A stretch of DNA of 58,256 nt, the filler included, from Platydemus manokwari (lineage: Eukaryota): the NCBI GenBank assembly GCA_037951405.1. It is 4 parts of 4 records of this genome, joined end to end, with 100 filler letters (N's around TTAATTAATTAA, not from the genome) between each part and the next. Parts side by side here need not be neighbours in the genome. Positions count along the whole stretch, not along the records: positions 25,260 to 37,555 come from JBBMOY010206672.1; positions 37,656 to 58,256 come from JBBMOY011511413.1; 2 more parts are not named here. One strand, given 5' to 3'. This document shows positions 37,341 to 51,429 of the stretch, in pieces. Positions within the stretch are counted from its first letter, which is position 1, and every line of letters starts with the position of its first letter. The position numbers were made by a program, and so were the translations under genes. The notes under the pieces were generated by a model. The model was not told the origin of the DNA and made no database searches. It saw only the letters and a list, made by a program, of their open reading frames with translations.

Positions 37341-37555
37341 ATGGATCCAAATAAAATCAGATATAATGTTTATACTAATGATGAATTATCAGTAATAGAT
37401 ATTAATATTCGTTTTCCTGATCAGAAAAATAAATTAGAATCTTCATGTGATCCTAGATTAGGAGCTAGTAATGTAGGTTTGTGTAATTTATATAATTTCA
37501 ATCATCTCAAATTTTATATTAAAAAAATGAACAGTTTTGACATAAATAAAAGGAT
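37341..37555 (+). pseudogene. Fragment resembling the N-terminus of the poxvirus RNA polymerase largest subunit (RPO147/RPB1-like)
   Basis: MDPNKIRYNVYTNDELSVIDINIRFPDQKNKLESSCDPRLGASNVGLC aligns by eye with vaccinia RPO147 as recalled ([49 protein letters not shown]). The ATG sits in TAAATG (37338-37343). Similarity ends near codon 48 and the frame runs into the gap. Confidence 0.55.
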
Positions 37556-37655
37556 NNNNNNNNNNNNNNNNNNNNNNNNNNNNNNNNNNNNNNNNNNNNT
37601 TAATTAATTAANNNNNNNNNNNNNNNNNNNNNNNNNNNNNNNNNNNNNNNNNNNN
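37556..37655. other. Artificial contig spacer
   Basis: 44 N, TTAATTAATTAA, 44 N. Confidence 0.97.
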
Positions 37656-40600
37656 AGCGTTATAACAATTTGTGTTAATAAAATACCTGCATAAAAACAT
37701 GAATAACTTTTGACTCAACCTGGTACAATCAGAATCATCACAATGTCAAATACCATTGTTACTTTTTATTTAAAGTCTTATTGTTATATATTTCTATATT
37801 TGTCACAAATTTCTGACTTTTAAGGATATCGTTGGCTTGTTAAGCTATAATTGATGGGTTTTGAATTTTGTTTAGATATTGGGCTTTTTCGTCACTCACT
37901 ATATATTTTGTGACTGATTGAAATTGTTTTTGGTTATTTTATAAATGTATTTCTCCATCTATATAGCTTAATATCCATTATTAAATCGAATAAAAATAAC
38001 TCAAGAAGTTAATAACGTTTAATTGTACTAAAGAAAATAATGGCGTAAGTTTTAAAAAACCAAGTCTTTATTAAACAGCTGATAATTAATTATTCAAAAA
38101 ATCGATTATCAATCATAGAAATTAATTATTCCTGAAATAAAAATAGAACAAACGTACGGTTTTAAATAACTACGACCAATGAACAATTGCATTAATACTT
38201 GAAACTAAATGTCACTCAAGTAATCTAAATCAAATAAAAAATTAAATCAAATAATACCAACAACCAAACAGTAATGACAAAAATCTTAAATAAACAACAG
38301 AATATATTTCTGTGTGTTTAATAAGCAGCAAATAGATCTATTGTGTGTATTTTTAACAAAATGTTTACAATATGCTGAGGGTAGCACCCAACCATAGTCA
38401 CTCAACATTAATCCAAACAAGAATCTCCCCAAAATATTCAAAATCTGATTCCAGCAACTCAAAAAACAATTTCAGCAATACAATCCCATCTGATGATCGG
38501 CACACCCAATGCAACTGATCCATAAAACTGATTCCAAAAACTTTTGAAATGAAACTTTAAAACTCCTAAATTGATTTGAGTTTTCGTTTTATATTTTATT
38601 TTGCAATTCTATTTTTTGCCTTGGTATGAAGTGGTTAATATTAATAATGTTAGTTTATTATTATCTTGTTTATGTTAATGATTTTAATAATTATCCTTTG
38701 AATGGATTTTGTCTTAATTCTTTTAAAATTGTAAATCGATAAAAGAAATTAATGAGAGGCAACAAATTTTAAATAAACGATTAAAATAACGAACAATAAT
38801 TAAAGCAATAATAATCAAATGACGAGAGTGACAATAAAGATAGAATTATTAAATAATAAAAATAATTATGGTAATAATAATAATATTAATAATGATAATA
38901 ATAATAGCAATAGTAATAATAATAATGGAATAATAATAATAATAAAATCGCAATAAGTGATTTGAGAAAAATAAAATCTTATCTGACCTAAACATGCGGA
39001 CAAAAATAGCCTCGAGACATAAAAATGGTAAATCAAAAAATTGTCACATTTTTTGAACAAATAAAAATCGTGACTAGTCTTTGAAATGGAAAACACGAAA
39101 AATTACCATAGAAAAATAAAAATTTAAAATAAAATGGTGACAGTTCCAACGATAAGCGCCAGTAAAAATAGTATACAAAGGCACATGATTTTATAACATT
39201 CAAAGACTAAGAAATCTTAAGCTTAAAGAAGAAGTAATCCGAGCTTCAGAATATTAGAAGAATTTCTTGTCGAAGGAAGATTTTTCGAGAGTAAGATTTT
39301 ATACCATTTCAATTAATCATAGCAATATCGTTTTAATTACTAATTACTAATTAATTAATTTGTAGTCACCTGAATTTAATCTTTTCCAATATCTCTCGTG
39401 TGGATATTTGGTAGCAATCTATTTGTGTAGTGCATTGGTCAATTTAGCATATTTTTGTGTAATATTTTCTCTTAGGTTTTTCATTCTTCTTAAATAAATC
39501 TTTTTACAAATAATTGACTTATTAATAATCATATCTCTACGTATCTTTAATAATAATAATTTATAAACATATCATTGTGTACGTTCAGTACCAGCCATAA
39601 TTGCTGCAGCGACACAAAGAATCCTTGTTGCAATACTCAATAATTATATATTCTTTAACCTTTAGAGATTTCACTAATCTTTACGGTAATTTCGTTCTCA
39701 TACGAGTTATTGAAGCCCTCTAGGACCAGTGTAAGCTAATTGTAACTAACAACCACTCAAAATAATTAATAAATGTAACGTCTTTATTATCTCTTGTTCT
39801 ACTTACTTTAATTAATCTTTACAATTTGATATTTTTATAATACAAAAAATGTCTTTTCATTTGTTTTTATCTTAATTTGATCAACTTTTCCTGTCCAGAT
39901 TCCTATTTCTCCAATACTATTCAGATGGCAATGAGGTTGTTAGTGATTTTCAAGAATGGTTCCGAGAAATCATAGAAAAACAGGTAATTCAAAAAATAGT
40001 TCAGGACAATGATATATATATATATATATAAAATATTACGGAATAAATAAAAGAGGTAAATATATGAACAAAATATTCTTTCAATATAATCATACTAAAT
40101 TAAAGTGGTTATAAACATAAGTAAAATGACGGATAAAGAATAAATATAGCAGGTTAAAATATAGTAAGTTTATTAAAACAAATCATTAAAAAACCCAAAT
40201 CGTGGTCAAAATATTAGAACTTACAATTGCCAGCAATTGTTTACAATTCTATATGATACCCAAATCCAAAATAAATTATCTGTGTCGAGTAAGGATTTCT
40301 TTATTAAAAAGATAAATTTGCTGTCTTTGACAAAAGAAATTATTGTCTCAATGTAAGTAGTATGCTAATTAATTATAAAATAAAAAGAGCTTTTTTAAAA
40401 AAAAATAAATGTAGGTAATGGCATAATCAATGTTGTGTAACTTATAGAAATTATAACAATGATATAGTAGAGAAATTGAGTTAAAAATACCAAGGCCATC
40501 AATATGAAATTCTCAGGTGATTTCAAAGGATATCAAGGAGCTTCATTAGATTTAATGATTAAATGATGTTTAAAATTTGTATACAAATGAGAAATATCAT

Positions 40601-40699
40601 GGTATTGTATGATATAAGCCCATATGGGCTATTTATAATATAAAAATTAGAATATAAAATGGCATAGAAAATGATGAAATACAAAATTATGACTAATTA

Positions 40700-41660
40700 C
40701 AGAGATTTAATTTTAGATTCAAATCACAGTGGTAACATAAGACATCATCATAGAGAAGCAGAAATACGTAAAAAATCAATCATTACACCCACAAATCGAA
40801 AACCTATAAAAACAATCGGATTAAAATAAAAAAATCATGCACAAATTTTCTTCGACAAAATTCAATATACGTGCTCGTACGTATAACGTTCAGCAGTATT
40901 CAAACTAACATTACGTTAGTATTTACGAAACCAGTATTCACAATCGGAATAAGCATTTGCCAAGGATTTTAATATTCAACTGATCTACAAGAATTTCAAT
41001 TCAGCATGATAAAAATTATTCATGACTTTATTTTAAACACTTTTGTATCAATCTCCGGCAGGTAATTCGTTGTATATTATTAATTACATTACTCCCACAA
41101 AGTCGATTCGAATTTGTTGGGCACAAAATTCAGAGTTTCTTATTTTTTCAAATTTGCATTTCATCTGTCAATTTAAGCAGAAAAAGTTTTTGGCATTAAG
41201 GCAGAGTGACCAGTACAATCAAAATAGTCGTTGACGACCAATTCCCGAAAGGTATTCATAGTCACATTAATGCAGCACTTAGTTTTATCAAACTACGCCA
41301 ATTACGACGAACTCATTAAAGAAGCGATGTAAGTGGAAATGAACTGTACATCTATGTACAAGCAGCTCACAAATTTATCAATAAAACCGAAAACATTAAA
41401 TCTGCCATATTAAGAGACCACCCTCAGTTTCGTCTCTAATAAAATCTTAAAACAAATGATCCACTAGGACATTCGTAAATTTTCGACGATCCCCGGTCAA
41501 CGTTTCTCCAAAAAGCAGGTGTCAATTCCATGCTTTAAATATCAATAGAACTGTCATCATTCAAATAATTGCAGAAATCATAGTTTTCAATAATTCTCAT
41601 ACAACTAAATCTTCTTTCGATCATAGACCAAACGGATAGCCAAATAGAAAATCTAGAACA
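40700..41660 (+). mobile_element. Highly degenerate retroelement protease/integrase remnant
   Basis: IITPTNRKPIKTIG is protease-flap-like and GIHSH...NCT is an eroded HHCC-like motif. Many stops. Confidence 0.25.
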
Positions 41661-41994
41661 TGCTTCGAATGCGGTAGAAGAGGTTATATTGCACAAAATT
41701 TTATATCAAGAACTATATAAAAATTATATTTGAATTAAAATTATTCAAATAAATCAATATTTTATAAAAATATAATTTAAATTTTTTTCCAATTTAAATT
41801 CATTATAAATCCTCAGGGAGTAATGCAGCATTCCCAGAAAGTAAAGAGAAATTAGAAGGAGAATTATCGGTAAAGCGAGATAAAGTAAATCGTTGGATCG
41901 ATAGACTCGAATTAGACTAACCTCAAAATCTTATAATACATCTAAATGAAATATTAAAATAATTTGATGAAAACAACTTAAATTGGGTAACTGT

Positions 41995-42785
41995 ATGACC
42001 CGTTTTGAAGAAAACTCATGGCAACTTTGGAGAATTATAAACGAGTGTAGTAAAATTTTTAATTGGAAAAGTTTGGAAAGCGAACTTTATACAGCAATAC
42101 TATCTCAGATTTGGAGAAGTAAAGCTATTAATTTAGGATTTAGACGATTTGTGATAAATATTTTGAATATAATAAAAAAAAGTAATTGAAAAGTTTTTGA
42201 TATTCTTGTTGCAGATTTTCGAGGAAAATCGGTTAAAGTGAGACTGGACGTGTTTTTGAAAGTTATTGATATTAGATGTTAGATTCCAGGAGATTAAGCT
42301 CCTTTTACGTATTTGAATAATTTATCAAAAGATGACGATTATTTAATGAGTTATGACATTGTGCCAACAATAGATAATGTGGAAAAATTTGAAAATGTAT
42401 CCTCTGAAAAGAGAAAAACCTCTGAAGACATTTTATTTCGATTAAAGGAGGTATTATCAAAGGATCGAAATGATTTTACAAAAATTGTGTAAAAACTAGA
42501 GAAAATTAGAGATAATGTGACTATGTTTAAAAATTGGGATTTAGTAACTTAAAGGTTGTCGTATACTGAGAAATATAGGCGGATTAATTGTATGCACATA
42601 TTGTAAGCACTGTTTCGATGTTAGCGAATATCTAATTAATTATGGAATTCTTACCGAGAAGGTAAGCGAAATTCGAGATGATATCTATTATAGTTAAATG
42701 AACAATGAGCTGATTGAAAATTTGGAACAAGATGTACCATTTGATATAAAAGTGGATACATTTTATGACTTTGGATCAGTTTTGA
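41995..42785 (+). pseudogene. Decayed intronless ORF of about 260 codons, function unknown
   Basis: One frame continues through scattered stops (MTRFEENSWQLW..DDYLMSYDIVPTID..). After a frameshift it reads CTYCKHCF..DVPFDIKVDTFYDF. Confidence 0.4.
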
Positions 42786-43959
42786 AAGTCCTGTCTCAAG
42801 ACCACAGGTACAACTATTAATCTTATTCTATTTCTTCCTTCACATTGGGAAACGATATTATATGGAGATAATGCATGCGACAACAATAATCATATAGGAT
42901 TTTATTTATCAGTGTCAATTTCTATGGGACCTTAATTCCTATACAATTTTCTATTCATAATACTTCGATTATGGAACAGTCAATTGACTATACTAAGCAC
43001 AATTATTACAACAATTAAAACATAAAAACTACAACCAACTATGATTTTAGAAGCTACTGTATACACTTAATGAAATAACCTAGACAATAGCCTCAACAAA
43101 ATCCGGTTCAAAGGAACAGTTAATAAAATTCTTCTCGTGGTCAAAACCAAACACCTGAAGAGTTGTGTGTGAAAGCTATATAAAACTATATAAAAAATAG
43201 TACACTACAAGTATATAACAATAATCAATTGTTTATAACAAAATCGTACTCACGTTAACTTGAATGACTTTCGTAAATGACAAATACGGCTGTCGAATGT
43301 ACAAATAACATATTTTTTACTGGTTCCAATTATGATTTTGGAGCAAAGGTTCTGAAGATTACAACCTCTATTTTTACGTTTTGATAATCAAACTTCATTG
43401 TCTCACATTATTTGTTTTATTTTGTTACAATTAAATTTATCTCCAGGGATTTGACCTTAATTTTATTGTTTTTTTTCAGAAATATTGTAGGAACATTAAA
43501 TCGTTGTCATTGTTCTTTTAATAATAATTATTATTATTATTAATAAACTCACTGAATTTCAATATTATTATTCCTACAATATTATTACGCAATATTATTA
43601 TAATTTATTAACCGTTAAAAATAATTGTAATTATTATTTCATAATTATCAAGTTACTAATTAATAATTTATCCAAACATTGTTAAGGCTTTAGTCAACAA
43701 GTTAATTCTATACAAAAGTTATTTCACCAAAAAAATGTTACACGTATTAATTTATCCAAATAACTCACGCTTAAAACAGAAAAATGCTACTTTGAAATTT
43801 TTATAATTTAACCATTTTCTACAATTTTTTTTTAAAAATGCTACAATTACAACAAGTCTATTCAGTTATTGTTAATAAAACGGTACATTTACATCAATAA
43901 TACATTTAGTATTCACAAACAATTAATGTTATGTAGTTCTTGTTAAAACCCCAAAAATT

Positions 43960-44431
43960 GGTTCAAGATCATTACAAGAAAGCAACGTTAACTACAATGA
44001 CGAAAATTCATATTTTTAAAAATTCAGATTTAATACTTCATTAATAAAGAAAGATGGAGGTAGAGATGACAAAGATTTTATAAAAGATCAAGGAAGCGGG
44101 CACAACTACATACCGTGTCTTGATATTTAAATACCAAACAGCGACAAAACGGAAACAATTGAAAACAAGTAATCTTTTTAAGAAAAATAAACTATCCGTG
44201 ACTGAGCTGTTCACACCACCAACTTTTGAAAAGCTACTGCTAATATATAATATCATGCAATTAAAAGAGACGAAACTTATTTTGAAAGAAACAACAAAAC
44301 TCAAAAGAATAAGAAATATAAATTGGGATATTGAAAAACAAGTTTTATTAGGATTACCCAGTTCCCATATTTATATGATAAGATCATTGATTCGGGGAAA
44401 AACTCTGTCAGCAAAAATTAAAGTAAATTAG
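43960..44431 (+). mobile_element. Second, internally deleted copy of the retroelement fragment at 4915-5540
   Basis: LGLPSSHIYMIRSLIRGKTLSAKIKVN versus LGLPSSHVHMIRLLIQGKTQTIKIRVN, plus several collinear DNA blocks. Confidence 0.8.
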
Positions 44432-45497
44432 ACATGTGAATCGTTCTCTCGAATGAAAGGTGACATCATGTGAATATACACGATAAGCCAATTAAATAAG
44501 CATTTGTCAATCATCTTTGGTCGGTAACTTCTAATCATAATGACTTTTATGTGAATTTCCTACAAGTCTTTGTAGTTGTCCTCAGTTTTTACCGTTTACA
44601 TTTTAGTTGCTGATTTAGCGTGATGTAGCATGATTTTGATTGTGTTTAGTGACGATTCGAGTTTCGTGATTTATTGTAATTTATAATTAAAATTTTCAAT
44701 ATTTAGTGTCAATCGATATCATAACAATATATAATATTGTAAAAAATAATCTAGATAAATAGATTATTGCCGCAAAATTGAAGATTAGACAGAAAACAAT
44801 AATGAAATGATTCTACAGGATTGCGATACCACTCCCACTTAAACTACGTAGGATATTCTGTGTTCGTCTATTGATATTTTTATCTATATTTATTAGAAAA
44901 AGGGCTCATGATAATCTTCAATAAGAGCATCAATTTAGTTCATATTGGCCTTACTTAAAATGGGCACTAAGTCACTTACGAATCATGTGCTGATGTGTGA
45001 TGCAGACTTTTATTTTATCTATTTGGTGTTCACATATGCCCATTTTCATTAGTACTTATTTTAAATTATTATTATATGCAGTACAGATTCTTCAATTTCT
45101 AGAAAGCCATTATGCACTTTCTTAGACTTATTATAATTATGGTTCTCCAGCCCTTACTAGGTAATTAAGCGACCCACATTAGTCTGTGCTTTTTCAGCAT
45201 TCCAAGTTTTTGGACTATTAAGCAATGGTGATTTGAAATGTTTTTTATTGCAGTCGTTAATACGTAAGTACCAATAGAAGTTTAAAAGATGAAGATCCTT
45301 TATCTGATGGAATAGATCATGATTTATAAAAAGCTCATATAATGTTAAAGATTTGTTTTATAATGTTATTATTTTTTAAAATTACTCAAAATTAAAGCTT
45401 GAATATTTTACGTTATTTATTGACCTAATGATGATCAATAAAATCAATAAATATTTATTGCATTTAAAACCACAAAATTTGTCGTCATTTGAAACTA

Positions 45498-47049
45498 TCA
45501 ATGAAATAATTCTTGTTCAGCACTAAAATAACAATGAATTATATAAAATGCTAATTGATAGATTTCTTCGTTATCATGAAGCTGTAAATCTACTATACTG
45601 TCCAAACCATCACATTCTTCGATTTGATTACAAATGGTATCGTTTTCATCAAATGTATCATCAAGTAATTTTATTAAAGCTTTCAATACAACTTGTATGA
45701 TAACAACATTGTTGGTTGAAAGTAATTTACAGAATGGAGATATAATATTATTCATAATAAGATATTGTTTTTGTTCAGATGACCCGTAAACAATGAGATT
45801 ACACACCACCCAAGTTGCTTCCTCTTGACTTCGTACATCATCAACTTGTAGTTGTTGAATGACTAGTGGCAGAAATCCAAAATTTAGAACAGCTTGAATC
45901 TGTTTCTCATTGCCGACTGCTATATTGGATAAAATCCAAAGTGATTTCGTTCTTATTAACCTATTGGGATGATGTAATAAGGCGAAAAGCGAATCGAGAA
46001 ATTTAAGATCGAGAAGATGTTGACATTCGTCTATGGATCCTGTCGCTATGGTTCCAACTGCAGACAATGCTGATAATTGAATCTTTATATTTTTATGAGT
46101 TAAAAGTGATATTAGAAGCCTAGCAATGTCATGGTTGATTATCGTTTCAATATTATATTTATCAGATTCTAATAAATATTTTATTGAATTCAATGAATCA
46201 CAAAGCACTTCATTGTCAGTATGTTGAAGGAAATATCGTAAAATTGGCAGCAATTTTAAAACTGTCATGGAGTTCAGTGGATGATTTACATGTCGACATA
46301 TATTCGAAATAATCCACGAAACAATTTTCAAGTTGACCACTGAGTTGTCTGAGACGATCAAATTTAATATTAATAATAGAGCATTGGTTCCCATTATGTA
46401 ATCTCTGAATTCCGCACTATCACCAATAATATTACCCAAAATCAAAGTAGCTTGTTGACGTACTTGGAGATTTTTCGATTCTATTAATCCTAAAGTGGGT
46501 GAAATAACTCCACAGTGAACTACTTGACAAGTCTGTTCTACTGTGCCAGTTGTCAAATATGTTAATGATGTTATTGCTTCCAACTGAATGTTTGGATATC
46601 TAAACCAAATAAGAATTTAATAATAATTGATGGAATAATTAATAATTTTACCTTTCATCAGTTAGGCAATCTATAAGAATAGGAGCAATCCCAAATTGTA
46701 AAATCTGATCAATTAGTGCATCGGAATCTGATAACTTTTTACTCACAAATTGAACTGCTATAAATCGCATTTCGGGATCTGAGTTTTGAAGATAACCAAG
46801 CAAAGAATCTAAATCATTGAATTGAATTAAATCGTTATCAATTACTATATGTTCATTTGAAGAAATATTTCTTGCTTTATTCAATGTTTCTTCACGGTTA
46901 ATTTTTCGAAGTTGCACTTGATTATTTATTCGATTGACTCGCATTTCCTGAATGATGATTTCATTATAAACTTATGATATAATTAAATTATTAATTCTTA
47001 CCTCAGTGGTTTTTCCAGATTTTTTATGCTGTGATATTCTGCTAGACAT
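45498..47049 (-). CDS. KPNA: Importin subunit alpha (karyopherin alpha), divergent; 3 exons, 481 aa
   Basis: Exons 47049-47002, 46947-46652 and 46599-45498 are joined by 54- and 52-nt GT-AG introns into one open frame. IBB-like EMRVNRINNQVQLRKINREETLNKARNI, ARM repeats (LGNIIGDS, WIISNICR, WILSNIAVGN, WVVCNL) and the C-terminal IEECDGLDSIVDLQLHDNEEIYQLAFYII. Confidence 0.95.
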
Positions 47050-50000
47050 AATATATATAATTAATTATAAAACAAATAAATATTTTGAATGAAAAGCAAT
47101 TTTAATAGACCAAATCATTGCATAATTTCCTAAAACGAAATTCCGTGTAATGATGAAATATTAGGAAACCATTTTAGAGATTATTAAATTTTCTGCTCTG
47201 ATTTACTTTGATTAGGTTTAAAACGAGCATAAATGATCTGATAATATTGAGAAATATAATGTGCAAGGAAGTTAACAGATTTATTTTACAAACTTCGAGA
47301 GATAAAGCGACACAAATCAAATCAATTCTTGTTTTGATAATGGCAGAAATCGTTAATTTGTTGTAATCTGAAAATCGAAAACAATTTCGAAGATGATCTG
47401 ATTAATTTTTAATGCAAATTAATTTTTTCTCATAAAGTCAAGATTCTGAACCAAATAAAGAAAATATAAGAATGAAATTTAACAATGGAACAGCGGACCA
47501 TCAACAGCTTCAATTAGATTTTAATAATAAATTTTAAAATATTTTTACCAAGGAATTCAAAGAGGCCCTATGAACTAAAAATAATTATTTATTAGTCTTA
47601 TTAATTCCAAATTGCTCTTGCTGATAGTGTAGAATTTTTATCTAATCATAAGCCTTCAAATCTATGATTGGATCCCGATTTTCAATTGACGCACACCAAC
47701 AGCAGTCAACGAACATTGTGATACACCAATAACAAAAGAGATAAAAGGTAATTTGTCAATAGCTTAGTCTTCAGACTCTATAAAAAGAAGTAAACTCTCA
47801 GAGCCAACTGCTAGCCTTTAATGGTGATAAATTCTGTATTTGAATTATTTTTGAAATGCTGAACCCACTTTATGATTTGACATTTAATCCTTGGAAAACT
47901 TGTATCTGTTATTGAAGATTTTGATTGTGTTTCACTAACTTGAGTGAATATTTCACGTTTCAGGGTTTTAATTATTTGAACTGAATGAAAGTAAAAGTTT
48001 ATTCACGGTAAGTGAAATCCAAAGTATTGTATAGTTTGAAAAGTTGAAAAACGTAACATCATCAATAGATACTTAAACTCTTTAGTACTCATGATAGCGC
48101 AATAAAAGAATCAAGCCTCTAATGATAAATGTCGAATTTTTGAAAATTAATATAATGTTTTATCTAAATTTATATTATATTTGCACGTAATACATAATTA
48201 ATATGTTAATTACAATTAATTATATCATCAATATTTTAATTACAATTTAAAATATGATCTGATTGGGGTAGAAGTAATACTAATCCCGGATTTTTTATTA
48301 TTTGGTTTTTTGCTTGGTAATTCATTTAGTGTATCTACATAAACGTATAGTTATATTTGAAAATTTGGCCATATGTGTATCCACCAAGAAACTGATGAGA
48401 CCAATAAAGGGCCGAAATAGTCTAGTGAAAACCAATTCTGGTACCTTATTCATCTTTCACACATAACACTTCCCTTATTGTATAATGTAATTTTTTTGTT
48501 TGTCTAACAATTTGATAAATCATTGATTGTACTGATATTTCAAAACCTACAAACTTCTCCGATAATAATTGTAATTTGAATTTGTTTGATTAAATGATTT
48601 TCTTGGATATAAATTATTACTGATGAGAATGATGACTTACCTAATGTTGTCTTGGCAAATCAGAGTATTTTTCTAATTATAGGAGAGGAGCTTTTATAGC
48701 TGGATCCTGTGTTGTGTAATGCCACAGAAAACCACGAACATCGAAACTCATTAATGGTATAAGAGAGAAGAAAAAAATTTCATAATAAAAAGTTTCGGGA
48801 AGGGTGTAAATGATTTCGGGAATAACAGCGTAGTTTTGAGGCAGTAAGGCAATAGACACAGAAGGTCTGTAAAAGAAATTATATCTTGGAAGTTACTACT
48901 GGTCTTTCAAGGTCAGTAACCTTCTAATTATTTTTTAGTATGATCATTTTGATGGCCAATCTTTTATGGGCATAATTTCTGTCTCTAATTTATTTTTTAG
49001 GGTAATAACCATTTTGTAAGTTGATCATTGACTTTGTTTTTGAGCGTACAATTAAGATTTCTATTATTGACAAATTAATCCTAAAATAAAACTTTGTGAT
49101 TATAATTACATTTTTGAATGTTTAGAATACTGATATGAAATAAAACAAATCCCGTTGAATGTAAATATTTTTAAATATATTGAATTTAGAGTCAACTTTA
49201 TTTTTTGAAAATAAAATATCACACGAAATTAGTTTCATCAAACCGATCCTGATTTGAATGACTTGTTTTAACTTTATGATCAGTGGGGAACTTTCACAAA
49301 ACTTTATTTTGTTCCAATCATCCAATATTTTCTACTACTAGCATGACTTTTTACTCTATTCTTGTAAATCTTCTCAGACTTCTTTTTGTGATTTTTATTT
49401 TGATTTCCTTTCTCTGGTTTAGCTTAATTCATTTAATAATGAAATGTGAATCTTCTGATTGTTGCGTTATAATTATTAGAATTTTAGTATCTTTGTGAAC
49501 TCTCCATTTTATCAACCACATACATCTGTGGCCATATGATGATTATATTAAAACTCATGTTGAGGTCACGCCAAACCCAAATATCTCCAATCTTAACCTC
49601 AAACTAATATTATTAACCTCAAAATTATATATGTTGAATGAAGAGGAAATCTCATAAACGGTTTTTCACCTGGAACCCTTATTTTAGTAATTTAAGCATT
49701 TGTATGCCTACACAATTATATATGCATAACAACCAACTAATCAGACAAGACCTATGATGATGAGGTACTTTATTTGGTTGGCTATTATAGGAGAAATTCC
49801 GAAGAGTAGTTTTTTTGAACAACTAAAAATTTCATATAAACGACAAGAAGTCTCTATCTCATAGACTACCGTCTTAATTATATTTGACATAAATGTCTGT
49901 GAATTCAGTGACAAATGTTCCAAATGCAACGAATCGTCTAAATATCTGTTAAGCCACCTTTTTTGCTGAATTTTTAAATTATATATAGTAAAGAGATGGT

Positions 50001-50099
50001 CGTTGCTCGGCAGTGATTCTTTATTCTGATAAATAGTTAATAAGATCTCTAAGATTCCCTTTATTTTATTGGATGGAACTTTCCTCCTATAATTTCTAA

Positions 50100-51110
50100 A
50101 TTGAGTATCTCTATATAATATTTTGGTGGTCTCCGGTCTGGTATTGTGATTTATTGATTGGCCACTTTATATAGTGGTTACTTTCAGCGAGCTGTGGCAA
50201 TGATCTTTCTTTTAATAACACGTGATTTTTATATCCAATTTTAATGCGATTGCAAATTCTCAGGTACATTCAAGAGTTTTGACGATAATGATTTCCACAT
50301 CTTCACATTTGACCAAGTAGCCCGTTTTCCATGATTATCGGTATAATAGGGTCTTGGTGGTGAGCCCGATAGCCAATCGGTTTCTATTTTTTCAATTCTA
50401 CAATTGTTGGGCAATGTTTCATTATACATCTCTATTAACTGTAGTCGTAAGCTGTGATAAAAGTAATCTATCTTATTATTTAAATATGTTGATAGTTTCT
50501 TGTTATGCTTGTGAAGAGAGATGGTTTTTTTACTGAGTTGTAAGCCCTTATAGGTGGTACAAGAGAACCCTATATTTGTATCTAGATGTCTCTTTTATAA
50601 TTCATATAGCGTCACCTTTGTGAGTACCCATTAGTACTGTAGGAATAACTTTTTCACAAATTACTTCTTCTAATGTCCCAAGTAACTGATTCTATATCAA
50701 TTTGTATTAGATGTTAGGTTTGTTTTCCAATGCTATCCCATTAATAGGATTAAAACTTTATTGATTTAGTAAAAAGGCACCACAGTGACTTTCATCTACT
50801 TGGCAGCTGAAAAGCATCGAACTGCACTTTGGATAGTATGTTATCTTCCCTGAATTTATGTCGAAAGTGTTCGTATATTGAGTTAGTTTGAATGTGTAGT
50901 TATCTGTGTCTACAATCTGGGGCTCTTCCGATGTACGTTACATCCGTCTTTATTCGTCCACCACGAGTTATAATTTCAGTGAGTCTTTTTCCAACTTTGG
51001 GAATCAGGGTGATTTCACTATCCACTCTCAATTTTCCTTGAACAAATGCAACATCACAAGCTTAGTGAGATATTTTTACATTGCCCCGTATAAGTTTGAT
51101 ATCTAGAAGA
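50100..51110 (-). mobile_element. Degenerate retroelement protease/integrase remnant
   Basis: LRVDSEITLIP..IITRGGRIKT is protease-like and DWLSGSPPRPYYTDNHG resembles integrase GxPxxIxTDNG. Confidence 0.35.
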
Positions 51111-51429
51111 AGGTGCAGCTGAAACTTCCGAATTTACTCAAATCTCGTTTTTTCTGAAAGTTCCTTTAATGCTGTCTCTATTATCTTGTTTGTGCTTGTT
51201 TTTTGTTTGGTTGCTTTATTGTATTCTATATAAAGAACATTTATTTGTTTACCTATCTTTATTATTTATATATATAAAATTTATTTTATTATTTTATTAT
51301 TATTAATAATAATATTATTGAACATGTATACTAGTATCTCACTAACTCCACATAGTATATAGTAATATCAACATTGCGTATCAACAATATCAACAATATG
51401 CGTAGATATAACTTTGAATATGATTGTAG

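Noticed and set aside
38866-39096. Hydrophobic 76-aa membrane ORF
   Set aside because: The poly-Leu/Ile stretch comes from an imperfect (AAT)n microsatellite.
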